Origin: an uncultured Thermoleophilia bacterium
Lineage (GTDB): Bacteria; Actinomycetota; Thermoleophilia; UBA2241
NCBI GenBank assembly: GCA_963767505.1
Contig: CAVYDV010000004.1
Coordinates: forward strand, 1,623-65,622
Length of the DNA: 64,000 bases
Direction: 5' to 3'
Of this stretch, positions 45,686 through 56,131 are shown one piece after another. The notes under the pieces were generated by a model that was given only the letters and a program-made list of their open reading frames with translations, made no database searches and was not told where the DNA came from. Within the stretch, counting starts at the first letter, position 1; the number at the start of each line of letters is the position of its first letter. The position numbers and the translations under genes were made by a program.

Positions 45686-46765
45686 TCAGGTGGGCAGAAT
45701 GACGGCCGTCTCGGTGTCGAAGCCTGTCGAGCCGGCGGGGAACGTGGGGTTCCGTTCCTCATCCTGCACGCGCCCCTGGCCGTCATAGGCGCGGACGGCG
45801 AAGACATGCCGGCCCTCGCTCCATGGCCACTCGTATCGCCACAGCGCCCAGGTCAGCTGCGACAGCGGTTGACGCAGATCGGCCGCCTCCCACGGTCCTT
45901 CGTCCACCCGCACCTCAACCTTCGACACACCGCGCGCGCCGGCGTTGGCGATTCCCCCGATGGGCACATACGTCTTTCCGCCTCTCGTGATCAGATCGCT
46001 CGTAGCCACCGTGTCGATGACAGAGGCCGTACGCACCTGAGCCCGCTCGTCCCAGCCGCGCTCGACCCAGTAGCCCGGAACGAACTGCGACACGAGCACG
46101 ATCTCGGTGATCCACTTGGGCTGCTTCATGCCGTACGCGTCCGGCACGAACACTCGCAGCGGAAACCCGTGCGAGGCCGTCAGCGGCTGCCCGTCCCACG
46201 CGTATGCCAGCAGGATACGGGCATCCGCCCGAATCGCAGCCAGGTCGACGACCTCGTCGAAACCGTCATCCGACATGAGGTGCGCATAGCGCGCCGCGGG
46301 GAGAGGCTGTGCGTCGGCGAGGACATCTCGGAGGGAGGGACCACTCCACAGGGTCGTGCCGATGAGTGGTCCCCCCACGGGGTTTGAGACGCACGCCAGC
46401 GTGACGAATTGATCGCGTGAGGCGTAGTCCTCGAGGATCTGATCGTAGGTCAGGGCCATGGCATGCGCGACCAGCCCGCTGATGCGCAGTCGCCACGAGG
46501 AGACATCGATCTGCCGAGGCGTCAGGTCGATGTCGACCTGGAAGTGGTCGGGGACAGGCGTGTACTCCGGTCGCGTGCCCGGAACGGGCCTCACGGGCGA
46601 ATCGGCGTTGGGGAAGGGGATCGGCGCGTCGAGCGGCGGGGACGGTGGAGGGCCGTCCTTGACGCGCAAGACCTGCGCCACCTCGGCGCCTAGCACGACG
46701 AGAGTCGCGACGAGGCCACTCATGCGGATGATGAAGTGCCGGCGATCGAGGCGCTCGACTTCCAT
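45686..46765 (-). CDS. Molybdopterin-dependent oxidoreductase (sulfite-oxidase fold) catalytic domain
   Basis: A Tat-like DRRHFI motif is present, with VTLACVSNPVGGPLIG...HGFPLRVFVPDAYGMKQPKWI and a C-terminal Ig-like domain. It was probably once fused to the upstream membrane domain. Confidence 0.8.
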   Translation of the reverse strand: MEVERLDRRHFIIRMSGLVATLVVLGAEVAQVLRVKDGPPPSPPLDAPIPFPNADSPVRPVPGTRPEYTPVPDHFQVDIDLTPRQIDVSSWRLRISGLVAHAMALTYDQILEDYASRDQFVTLACVSNPVGGPLIGTTLWSGPSLRDVLADAQPLPAARYAHLMSDDGFDEVVDLAAIRADARILLAYAWDGQPLTASHGFPLRVFVPDAYGMKQPKWITEIVLVSQFVPGYWVERGWDERAQVRTASVIDTVATSDLITRGGKTYVPIGGIANAGARGVSKVEVRVDEGPWEAADLRQPLSQLTWALWRYEWPWSEGRHVFAVRAYDGQGRVQDEERNPTFPAGSTGFDTETAVILPT

Positions 46766-46844
46766 CACTTCGGCCGAGTCCACAGTGGAGATCGGTCGAT
46801 AGGGCGGCGTCCGATGGCGCCGCCTATCCCCGCCGGGTCGCGCC

Positions 46845-47411
46845 TCAGCGTGTGCCGCGGCGTCGCGGGCGCTCTCCCGTCCCGGGAGCGTCGCCAGAGA
46901 ATCCGGATAGGCAACTGCGTACAGGCGTCCCAAGGCCCCATCCCCAGGCCAGGAAGACGCCCACGACCCAAGCCGCATCCGCCATCGTCTGAAAGGAGGC
47001 CCAGGAGTCCTCCGCGCCAATGACGACAACGAGCAAGACTCCCAGACCGGTGCCAAGGATCGCGCCTCGACGCCGGACATGAGACGCCCTCAAGGGTGCA
47101 GTGAGCAGGAAGAACAGGAGCCCGGCGATCGCGATTGGGACGAACAAGCCCATGAACGCCAAGGCTGCCTCCACTGCCTTGGCGGTGTCCTTGATGTTGA
47201 ACCCAAGACCTTCGAGCAGGCGAAGGGTAGTCTCCAAGCCGAGCACCACGACGCGACCCGGCAGGACGCGCACCAGCCATTCGAAGAGCCCGAAGGCCAC
47301 GTTCGGTAGCCCGACGAGAGAGCCGAGGGCGAGGACCCCGAGCAGTGCCGCGGCGAGAGAAGCGCCCGCAGCGAGGCCAGTGAGACTGCGGCTGGCAGCG
47401 CCGGTCCTCAT
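46845..47411 (-). CDS. Membrane domain preceding the Mo-oxidoreductase (frame-shifted relative to it near 46930)
   Basis: Four or five TM helices are predicted. The text ...FLAWGWGLG continues as RLYAVAYPDS... in the frame of ORF 45686-47080. Confidence 0.55.
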   Translation of the reverse strand: MRTGAASRSLTGLAAGASLAAALLGVLALGSLVGLPNVAFGLFEWLVRVLPGRVVVLGLETTLRLLEGLGFNIKDTAKAVEAALAFMGLFVPIAIAGLLFFLLTAPLRASHVRRRGAILGTGLGVLLVVVIGAEDSWASFQTMADAAWVVGVFLAWGWGLGTPVRSCLSGFSGDAPGTGERPRRRGTR

Positions 47412-47906
47412 GACTGCGAATCCACCTTTCGTCTCGCTGGTCGGTCTTCGGGCGGCGGCCGCGGTTCGCTGTGCCTTCAGCGGGCGGCAGCATCCGGGCT
47501 CTTCCCGATACTCCTTGAACGAGCGTTTCGCCCGCAGCGTGGCGAAAGCGCGGCACTTCTGCGACCATTCCCGCGAACGAGGGCCCCGCAATCGTCACTT
47601 GATGCAGGGGGCCCGGTTGCGGCGGCGATGCGGCAGGCCTCCCGGAGCACTGGGCGGGCGAGAGACAGCGTGGGCAGCGGGCGTCGCCGGACGTCGGCCA
47701 GTCGGCGCCGGAGGGCAAGATGCGGCGAGCGATACAAGAGGAGGCGGCGAGCGGCGGTTGCCGAACCCCCTCGGTGATCGCGCAGCCGCCAGGGGCGAAC
47801 CGCCGACCGATCAATGACGGATGATGGAGCCCGGTCGAGCTCTTCCGCAGCTTCCCGGGGTGCCGGCCCACGGTCCACGGACCCCGGCCCATCGCACGGG
47901 ATCAGC

Positions 47907-48608
47907 CTAGCCCTCGGGCGCACCGCCTGTCGATGAGATCAGTCGGCGCTGCTCGACAACGGTCGTCGGTGAGCACAGCCTGACGTTCTCGAGGATGCTC
48001 CGCAATTGGAGATCCACCCGCTCCGGCGGGACGCCGGCAGGGGCGTAGGCAACGTAGAGCACGTGCGAACTCTCAGGAGAGATGGGAGAGCGATCGTCCT
48101 GTCCGTAGATGATCGAGCAGCAGACGCCCTGCGCGTCTCGCATGATCATGTCGCCTGGGCGCAGGTCCTTGAACGCGCCACCCATCTGCACGATGTGGTC
48201 GCCCTCCCGTGAGGCGTCTATCACGATGGAGCCGCTGAGCTTGGCCGACATCGTGTCCCGCCGTGAGCACGAGAGTCTCCATCTCCGCCATGAAGCTGGC
48301 GTCGACTGCAGGAGACACGTCGGCAGCCTCTTGCCCTTGAGCGCGATCGACTCGACCTGGAGCTGCACGTGGTATGTCTTCTTGAACCGTCGGTAGTACG
48401 CGCCATACGCCGACAGTATGGGAAGCGTCAGGAGGTCTTGCCGGGAGAAGTCTCGGTAGCGTCCCCTCAGGTCGCCTTCCGCCGCTCGCTTGCGTTCTTC
48501 CAGCTGGGGGCAAGCGCCTTCGTTCTCCAGGCCGGACAGCTCCAGCACGCCGATCGAGGCTCCGGGATGAGACGCATGCCAATCCTCTGTCGCCGAGATC
48601 GAGAGCAT
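47907..48608 (-). CDS. B3/B4 tRNA-binding-domain protein, with an out-of-frame patch
   Basis: Family-like ends are present. Codons around 48250-48330 read correctly only in the frame of ORF 48073-48852 (VSPAVDASFMAEMETLVLTAGHDVGQ), so there are two compensating frameshifts. Confidence 0.6.
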   Translation of the reverse strand: MLSISATEDWHASHPGASIGVLELSGLENEGACPQLEERKRAAEGDLRGRYRDFSRQDLLTLPILSAYGAYYRRFKKTYHVQLQVESIALKGKRLPTCLLQSTPASWRRWRLSCSRRDTMSAKLSGSIVIDASREGDHIVQMGGAFKDLRPGDMIMRDAQGVCCSIIYGQDDRSPISPESSHVLYVAYAPAGVPPERVDLQLRSILENVRLCSPTTVVEQRRLISSTGGAPEG

Positions 48609-48897
48609 CCGGGTCCTCCTCAGGCGCGAGCTGCCTCAGGCGCCGGTCAGCATGCTTCGGCAGGGGCTGCCGCCGCGAGCCGGCCCAACTGTGGGGCCAG
48701 AGGCACCGCCACGCGCCAGTGCCCGCGGCTTGAGAGGGAACTGGCGCGTGGCGGGAAGAGGCGCCGGCACAGAGCGTCGCCACCGGCCATGCTGCGGACG
48801 GCCGGGCCCTATCACGGGAGTGGACACCGATGAGCCTTCGACGCCGGAGCAAGAACGTCAGGTACAGATACGCCGCGACCGCGGCGCTGACTCAGCC

Positions 48898-49095
48898 TCA
48901 GCCGAAGCCGCTGCCAGTGGGCGCCCCGCATTCCGTCGAGGCGGCGGAGCCGTTGCGAAGGTAGCTGCGCAACGTCTGCCGCACCTCGGTGGAGCCGCAC
49001 GACTGGCATTTCTTCTGCTTCTTTCTGAGGAAGCCGGGCGAAAAGACCTCGAAGGTCTGGTCACACTCCCGGCAGACGAAGTTGAACACGGCCAC
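48898..49095 (-). CDS. FmdB-family zinc-ribbon protein
   Basis: MAVFNFVCRECDQTFEV...CQSCGSTEV matches the CxxC...CxxC family pattern. Confidence 0.75.
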   Translation of the reverse strand: MAVFNFVCRECDQTFEVFSPGFLRKKQKKCQSCGSTEVRQTLRSYLRNGSAASTECGAPTGSGFG

Positions 49096-49196
49096 GGGTC
49101 ACGCTCCTCTCTCAGTCGCCGCCGGAATCCTCGGGCGATCGTCAAGCTGGGGTCTCCTGCGGGACCGAAGACCGGTCCCGGGGCTGGGGATGTCCT

Positions 49197-49395
49197 TCAC
49201 CTTAGGGCTGCTTCCTCACGGACGAGGGAGAAGGTCCGGCAGATCTGGGTGCAGTCTCCGCACTCAGTGCAGAGATCATGGTCGACCCGTGGGGCCGAGC
49301 GGGTGTCCTCCTGGAGGATGGCTCCTTCGGGGCAGCGTGAGACCGCCGGGCATGCTATGGTTCTGGGGGCAGAAACGGTCGTCCACGACGATCAT
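49197..49395 (-). pseudogene. Small 4Fe-4S ferredoxin-like ORF with a 1-nt frameshift
   Basis: MIVVDDRFCPQNH is followed, one frame over, by ACPAVSRCPEGAILQEDTRSAPRVDHDLCTECGDCTQICRTF...stop. It is not in the ORF track because it is split. Confidence 0.5.
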
Positions 49396-49486
49396 GCTCG
49401 CTCCTTCTGGTATTCCATACCCCGCAGGGTATCACTACCGTAGTCGAAGGCCGCGTGCCGTGTCAAGGACTTCCTGACAAGTAGCG

Positions 49487-50044
49487 TCAGTGCATCACGC
49501 CCCACGGCTGCCAGCCTCTCGAGCGCCACATGCGCAGGCCGTGACTGAGGTTTCGCATCGGGTCGTAGCTGCCGCGGGTGATTTGCATGAGCCCGTGATA
49601 CGGGCCGTTCGTTGCGCGCGGATTGCCGCCGCTCTCGCCTCTCACGCACCTGATGAGGTTGCTGCGCTGAGCCGTCGGCCACTTCACGTAGCGGGCGAGC
49701 GGCCACCAGCGTGCGGCGCCGGAGCCAGAGGGCCTGACCATCTTCCCGCGCAGGTACGGCCACCAGTTCTCGCGCCAGTTCAGCGTGCGGCTCTTGACGT
49801 AGCTCCCGTAGTTCTTCCATGAGGCGAACGAGCTACGCGGCTTCGCCGCCTTGTGGACCCTGCGGTCGAGGGCCTTCTCAGCGCGGACGACTCGCGCGTG
49901 CTCCTTCACCTCGAGCTTCTGCCACTTCTGCGCCCAGTCCTTCCAGCTAGCGTGGGCGCTGTCAGCGGTGACCATGCCGATGGTGGTCGCCGCGACTCCT
50001 ACTATGAGTACGGTCAGTGTGTGTCTCAGTACAGTCATGCACAT
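49487..50044 (-). CDS. Secreted transglycosylase-like (Rpf/SLT-like) protein
   Basis: A signal/TM segment (TLTVLIVGVAATTIGMV) is present, with IRCVRGESGGNPRATNGPYHGLMQI near the C-terminus. Confidence 0.7.
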   Translation of the reverse strand: MCMTVLRHTLTVLIVGVAATTIGMVTADSAHASWKDWAQKWQKLEVKEHARVVRAEKALDRRVHKAAKPRSSFASWKNYGSYVKSRTLNWRENWWPYLRGKMVRPSGSGAARWWPLARYVKWPTAQRSNLIRCVRGESGGNPRATNGPYHGLMQITRGSYDPMRNLSHGLRMWRSRGWQPWGVMH

Positions 50045-50330
50045 CCTTGGGTCGTTTTGCGGTTCTGGGGGCCCAGCGAGATGGGAGTCAAGCGCCGCCA
50101 CCCGTCTGCGTTGCGATGTTGGGGCCTCCTCACGAGTGTCTTTCCGAATGTCGCTCGCTGCGGCGCGGCACGCCACAGCCGGTCCAGCGTATGGGGGGTT
50201 TTTGGAGGGGCGTCGTGAGCCGGTTCTCTCTGCGAACGATGCACGCCGTCCGGCTACGACCGCCAAGAGTGTACGCACAGGTCGGCCCGGAATACCACCC
50301 GGCCGGGGTGGACACTGGCCCCTGATCTCC
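50045..50330 (-). promoter_or_regulatory. Structured 5' leader; candidate ydaO-type (c-di-AMP) riboswitch, copy 2
   Basis: It contains GGGUGGUAUUCC (compare the consensus GGGGUGAAUCC), GAGAACCGGCUCAC, AACCCCCCAUACGC and the shared hairpin CUGUGGCGUGCCGCGCCGCAG. Confidence 0.4.
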
Positions 50331-50531
50331 ATCAAGTCAGCCTCGAGGACTGTCACTCGGCATTCGGCATCAGTTCAGCACCTGCGACTACCCGAGCCCT
50401 CCGACTCACTCAGCCTGAGCCTCGTCGGCGGTATTGGCCTGCACAGCTGATAGAGTCCGGTGCGGAGTCCGCGGATTCGGCCAGGCGGCTAGTCCGCGCG
50501 ACGCGCGAGTTCTCCAGGAGCGGAGGGGCTG

Positions 50532-53500
50532 ATGAAACGCGGCGTAGGCTCGGCGGTGCTGGCGATGTTGGCTACGTTGACCGTCGTCTCGGCGGCGGCG
50601 GCGGCGCCGCCGCCGCCGGACAAGCCTCCCTCCAGTCATTCGGGCGTCCCGCAACTCTCGCAGAGGGCCGCCGTCGTGAGGGTTGCCCCAGCCGAAGCCG
50701 GCAAGCCACCCGAGGGCATCGACTCGAATGTGGATGCCGTGCGGAAGGCGTACGCAGTGCGCGGCAAGCCGGCAGCGCTCCTCGCCGCGCAGAAGCGGTC
50801 GATGCGTGTGCGTGGCGGCAGGCTCTGTGTCGTCGTCGAGGCGCAGGTGGGCGGTCTGGGTGCCGCTCGCGCCTCACTTGCGGCGCTCGATGCCCAGATC
50901 GACAGCTCCTATGACTCACTCATCCGTGCCTACGTCCCCGTTGGCCGCATCGGCAAGCTGGCCGACGCTCCAGGCGTCATGCTGGTGCGGCGCCCGATGA
51001 CACCCCACCGCGACGTACAGAGTCAGGGGGTCGGTGAGATCGGCGCATCGGACTGGCACGCGGAGGGGTGGACGGGAGCCGGCACGAAGGTGGGCATCGT
51101 CGACGTCGGCTTCTCGGGCTACACAGCCGGACTCGGCAGCGAGCTTCCCCCGGCGGCTCAGGTGCTGACCTGGGGCGGCTCGGGCTACCCTGAAGACGGC
51201 GGCGGATCGCATGGCACGGCTGTGGCGGAGATCGTCCACGACGTGGCACCTGGCGCCACGCTGTACCTGGCCAGGGTCGAGGACGAGGTCGACATCGGAA
51301 ACGCCGTGCAGTGGCTCCTGGGTCAGGGTGTGGACGTAGTCAACATGTCGTTGGGCTGGCCCGCCTGGGGGCTTGGCGACGGCACCGGGCAGGTGAACGA
51401 GATCGTGACGAGCGCCGTGAGCGCCGGCGTGTTCTGGGCGAACTCCGCCGGCAACGACCGGCTTGGGCACTGGAAGGGAGACTTCGCCGACGCCAACGGC
51501 AACGACTTCATGGACTGGGGTGTCGTGGACTCGTCGCCGTGGGAGGTCAACACGTTCTGGGCTACACAGGGTGCTCCCATCCTCGGCGTCTTGCGCTGGC
51601 AGGACTCGTGGGGGTTTGCCGACCAGGACTACGACCTTGGTCTCCACCGCTGGACGGGTGACGCCTGGGTCCCGGTAGCTTTCGGGCAGAGCGTCCAGGA
51701 TGGCGAGCAGGAGGACAGGCCGTTCGAGGAGGTGCTGACCGAGGCGGCGGAGACTGGCATCTACGGCTGGACGATCTATCGATACGACGCTACCGAGACC
51801 GCCGTCTCGTTTGATCTGAACATGAAGGACGGCCTGCTGGACGACCCAGGCAACCCCAATCCGTACTGGTACGATCATTCCAGGAGCCTGAGCCCGCCGG
51901 CCGACAACGCCTCCGACGGCTTCATGGCGGCGGCGGCAGTGGGCCGGGCGCCCGACTACATTCAGGAGCCCTACAGCGCTGAGGGTCCGACGCGCGATCT
52001 GCGGGTGGCTCCGGAGATCGCCGCACCGGCGAATGTCTCCACATCCCCCTACGATCCGTTCGGCGGCACGTCGGCCTCGAGTCCGCATCTTGCCGGTGCC
52101 GCCGCACTGGTTCTCGGGCTGTCGCCATCCTGGACCGCCGCCGAGCTCGAGACATACCTCCGCTCCAGGGCGGTCGACCTCGGAGCACCCGGCAGCGACT
52201 TCCTCTACGGGTTCGGTCGCCTCCATCTGCCTTTGCCAACGACTCCCTGGGTCGTCACCCTCGACCTCTCCGACACCGAGGTCCCCCCCGGTGAGACGGT
52301 CACCTACTCGGGCACCGTGAAGACCGCCGGCGGCGCCAACGGCACCGGTACGGTCACCGTGCAGAAGCGCCTCGCCGGCACCACGAGCTGGAGCAACTGG
52401 CGCACCAAGACGCTCTCCTCGGGCAAATACGCAGTGAACGTCGCCATGACGACCGCCGACCGCGAGTGGCAGTTCCGCGCCAGGATGCTGGCCGATGCCA
52501 GCAACACGACCGGCTTCAGCCCCACGAAGACGCTCACGGTGCTGCCCCTGTCTCCCTGGGTCGTCACCCTCGACCTCTCCGACACCGAGGTCGCCCCCGG
52601 CGAGACGGTCACCTACTCGGGCAGCGTGAAGACCGACGGCGGCGCCGACGGCAGCGGTACGGTCACCGTGCAGAAGCGCCGCGCCGGCACCACGAGCTGG
52701 AGCAACTGGCGCACCAAGACGCTCAACGGCGACGGCAGCTACGCGGTGAACGTCGCCATGACCACCGCCGACCGCGAGTGGGAGTTCCGCACCAGGATGC
52801 CCGGCAACGCCAGCAACGCGACCGGCTTCAGCCCCACGAAGAGCGCTCACCGTGCTGCCCCCGCAGCCCTGGGTCGTCACCCTCGACCTCTCCGACGACG
52901 AGATCTCAGCCGGTGAGACCGTCACCTACTCCGGCAGCGTGAAGACCGCCGGCGGCGCCAACGGCACCGGTACGGTCACCCTGCAGAAGCGCCTCGCCGG
53001 CAGCACGAGCTGGAGCAACTGGCGCACCAAGACGCTCTCCTCGGGCAAATACGCAGTGAACGTCGCCATGACGACCGCCGACCGCGAGTGGCAGTTCCGC
53101 GCCAGGATGCTGGCCGAGCGGCAGCAACACGAACGGCTTCAGCCCCACGAAGACGCTCACGGTGCTGCCCCCGTCTCCCTGGGTCGTCACCCTCGACCTC
53201 TCCGACACTGAGGTCCCCGCCGGTGAGACCGTCACCTACTCGGGCAGCGTGAAGAGCGCCGGCGGCGCCAACGGCAGCGGTACGGTCACCCTGCAGAAGC
53301 GCCGCGCCGGCACCACCAGCTGGAGCAACTGGCGCACCAAGACGCTCTCCTCGACGGCAAGTACGCGTGAGCGTCGCCATGACCACCGCCGACCGCGAGT
53401 GGGAGTTCCGCACCAGGATGCCGGCCAACGGCACCAACCAGACCGGCTTCAGCCCGACGAAGAGCGCTCACCGTGCTGCCCCCCTCCCCCTGGGTCGTCA

Positions 53501-53754
53501 CCCTCGACCTCTCCGACGACGAGATCTCAGCCGGTGAGACCGTCACCTACTCGGGCAGCGTGAAGAGCGCCGGCGGCGCCAACGGCACCGGTACGGTCAC
53601 CCTGCAGAAGCGCCTCGCCGGCACCACGAGCTGGAGCAACTGGCGCACCAAGACGCTCTCCTCGGGCAAATACGCCGTGAACGTCGCCATGACGACCGCC
53701 GACCGCGAGTGGGAGTTCCGCGCCAGGATGCTGGCCGATGCCAGTCCAACCTGA
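50532..53754 (+). CDS. Secreted S8 (subtilisin-like) serine protease with five C-terminal Ig-like repeats; repeat region has several frame breaks
   Basis: A signal peptide is present. The catalytic triad contexts are VGIVDVGF (Asp), GGSHGTAVAEIV (His) and GGTSASSPHLAGAAAL (Ser). The reading frame must be followed through ORFs 50532-52916, 52852-53211, 53162-53563 and 53473-53754. Confidence 0.85.
52244..53754 (+). repeat. Tandem array of 5 units of about 309-313 bp, arranged as alternating variants A-B-A-B-A
   Basis: Unit starts (CCCTGGGTCGTCACCCTCGACCTCTCCGAC) are at about 52245, 52554, 52867, 53177 and 53488. Confidence 0.9.
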
Positions 53755-54046
53755 AGGGCTTCAGTCCGGTGCAGGACCTCACGGTGCTGGCATTCTGAAC
53801 CAGCAATCGATACCGGTCTCCGAGCTCGCTGCGGTGAGAACCGTGCGTGGGAATCGACTTCGGCCTCGCACTCGCAGAGAGGCCGACCGCCTGCTAGATC
53901 GCGCTGCGGGAGCGGCCGGGGCTATGCGCAGGCGCTGTTCGATCGAGCTGCCGCGGTGATCACGTGTGACGTGGTGCGAGACTCCGCTCGGACCGCTCCG
54001 TTTCGTTCCGGGGTTCCGTGCCCGGCGCGGCTCGGTACGCCGCTCG

Positions 54047-55951
54047 TCACCAGAGATTGCCGGAGCATCCGTTGACGCGCGTCGGTGTCGAGTAGCCCTT
54101 TCGGTTCTTCGCATCGCGCCACGTCGAGGTGCGCCAGTCCATATTCCTGCAGCCCGACATGTAGGCGACGCTGCCCCCCGGCGCGTCGGAGATCATCGTG
54201 TTGCCGGCGAATCGGCCGCCGCACACGTTGAAGGCCAGCACCACCTGCGAGAAGCGGTCCATCTGCGTCTGCTGGACGTGGGTCGAGGCGTCAAAGACGT
54301 TGTTGGCGAAGACCCAGCCGGAGGCGCTGCTCGTGTGTCTTTTCAGATTGAGGATGGAGTCGCGACACTGGTAGATGCGATTGTCCGTCACGGTCATGTC
54401 GCTGGGGCCGTTGATCTCGAATCCTGCTCCGTAGGGTTGCTTGGGGTTGACGCCGGCGCCCTTGATGACGTTGCCGCTGAACGTGCACTTGCCTGCCTGC
54501 CGTCCTCCATCGAAGGAGACGGCTTGGTTGCCTTGTGGCTCGAAGGTGGAGTCGATGATGTCGATGCGCTGGTACTGCGTCGCCGCCGAGGTGGGACGGC
54601 TCGTGCACTCGAATCCCATCCGGCCCTGCGTCTTGATGAGGCAGCGCTTGAAGGTGATGTCGTGGATGCGCCTGTAGGAGTCGTTGATCGTGATGCCGTT
54701 CCAGCCACCGCCTTTGGCGATCGTGCAGCTGTCGAAGAGGAGGTGCGATGAGGTTCCCTTGAAGGACAGGACGGCCTCGCTCGCGCTGCCACCGGTGAAG
54801 GTGCAGTTGTAGTAGTAGCGGTAGCTGAGGCCGTTGGTGTCGAGGTTGTGGATGGTCTTGTTCTGCACGAGCGTGTAGCCGGTGGACGCAACGACGCCGG
54901 GGTCTGGCGCGTCCAGAGTCAGCAGAGAGGTCGGTATCGGCGTGGGTGCACGGACCTCCAGCTTGCGCAGCGGGCTGTAGCCGGGGGCGTTGGCCGCGTT
55001 GCCCGGCATCTTGGCGCGGAACTCCCAGGTCTGCTCGCTGGTCATCCTCACGCTCTTCGTGAAGTAGCCCGTCGAGTCGAGGCCGTCGGTCCGCCAGTTC
55101 ACCCAGGATCCGCCGGAGGCGCGCCGCTTCTGGATGGTCGCGGTCCCGGAGGCGGGCTTGCCCGCTGCGGTGAGCACCTTGCCACTGAACTTGACCGTGT
55201 CGTTGACGAAGATGGTCGACTTCGACAGCGCGAGGGTGGCGTCGTAGGCGCCGCGAACGACCTGCAGTCCTTGCAGCGGGCTGTAGCCGGTGGCGTTGGC
55301 CGCGTTGCCCGGCATCTTGGCGCGGAACTGCCAGGTCTGCTCGCTGGTCATCCTGACGCTCTTCGTGAAGACCCGTCGAGTCGAGTTTGTCGGTCCGCCA
55401 GTTCACCCAGGATCCACCGGAGGCGCGTCGCTTCTGGATGGTCGCGGTCCCGGAGGCGGGCTTGCCCGCTGCGGTGAGCACCTTGCCGCTGAACTTGACC
55501 GTGTCGTTGACGAAGATGGTCGACTTCGACAGCGCGAGGGTGGCGTCGTAGGCGCCGCGAACTACCTGCAGTCCTTGCAGCGGGCTGTAGCCGGTGGCGT
55601 TGGCCGCGTTGCCCGGCATCTTGGCGCGGAACTGCCAGGTCTGCTCGCTGGTCATCCTGACGCTCTTCGTGAAGTAGCACCGTTCGAGTCGAGGCCGTCG
55701 GTCCGCCAGTTCACCCAGGATCCACCGGAGGCGCGTCGCTTCTGGATGGTCACGGTCCCGGAGGCGGGCTTGCCCGCTGCCGTCAGCACCTTGCCACTGA
55801 ACTTGACCGTGTCGTTGACGAAGATCGTCGACTTCGACAGCGCGAGGGTGGCGTCGTAGGGGGCCGCCGTGGCCGTCGCTTGAGCCGCGGCCGGGAGAAC
55901 GAAGAGCATCAGACGATCGCCGCTCCGAGAAGTACCCTTCGCCTTCGGCAT
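54047..55951 (-). CDS. Secreted right-handed beta-helix protein with three N-terminal Ig-like repeats; two frame breaks in the repeats
   Basis: A signal peptide (MLFVLPAAAQATATA) is followed by 3 x (YDATLALSKSTIFVNDTVKFSGKVLTAAGKPASGT..IQKRRASGGSWVNWRTD...) and then beta-helix repeats (ITINDS..., FEINGPSDMTVTDNRI...). It spans ORFs 55652-55951, 54291-55655 and 54047-55351. Confidence 0.75.
54950..55868 (-). repeat. Tandem array of 3 units of about 304-306 bp
   Basis: The marker CGGGCTGTAG recurs at 54971, 55277 and 55581. Units differ by 2-nt indels at 55370-55380 and 55675-55690. Confidence 0.85.
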
Positions 55952-56131
55952 CCCTGCTCCTTGCGATTCATGAGGCCCGCTAGTCGGGCTCTCATGCGTG
56001 GGAGGTGTGCCGCGCCGTCGACGCTCGAATCAGGTGATGCACGCGGGACCCTCTAGTGCATGGTCATCCGAGAGGTCGGCATGCCGACGAGGATGTTTAG
56101 GGCTTGCGGACGAGAGGGGTTGTCTGGCCTG

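Noticed and set aside
52244-55868. The regularly spaced repeats considered as a CRISPR array.
   Set aside because: The units are about 305-313 bp, are contiguous without spacers, and encode protein domains.
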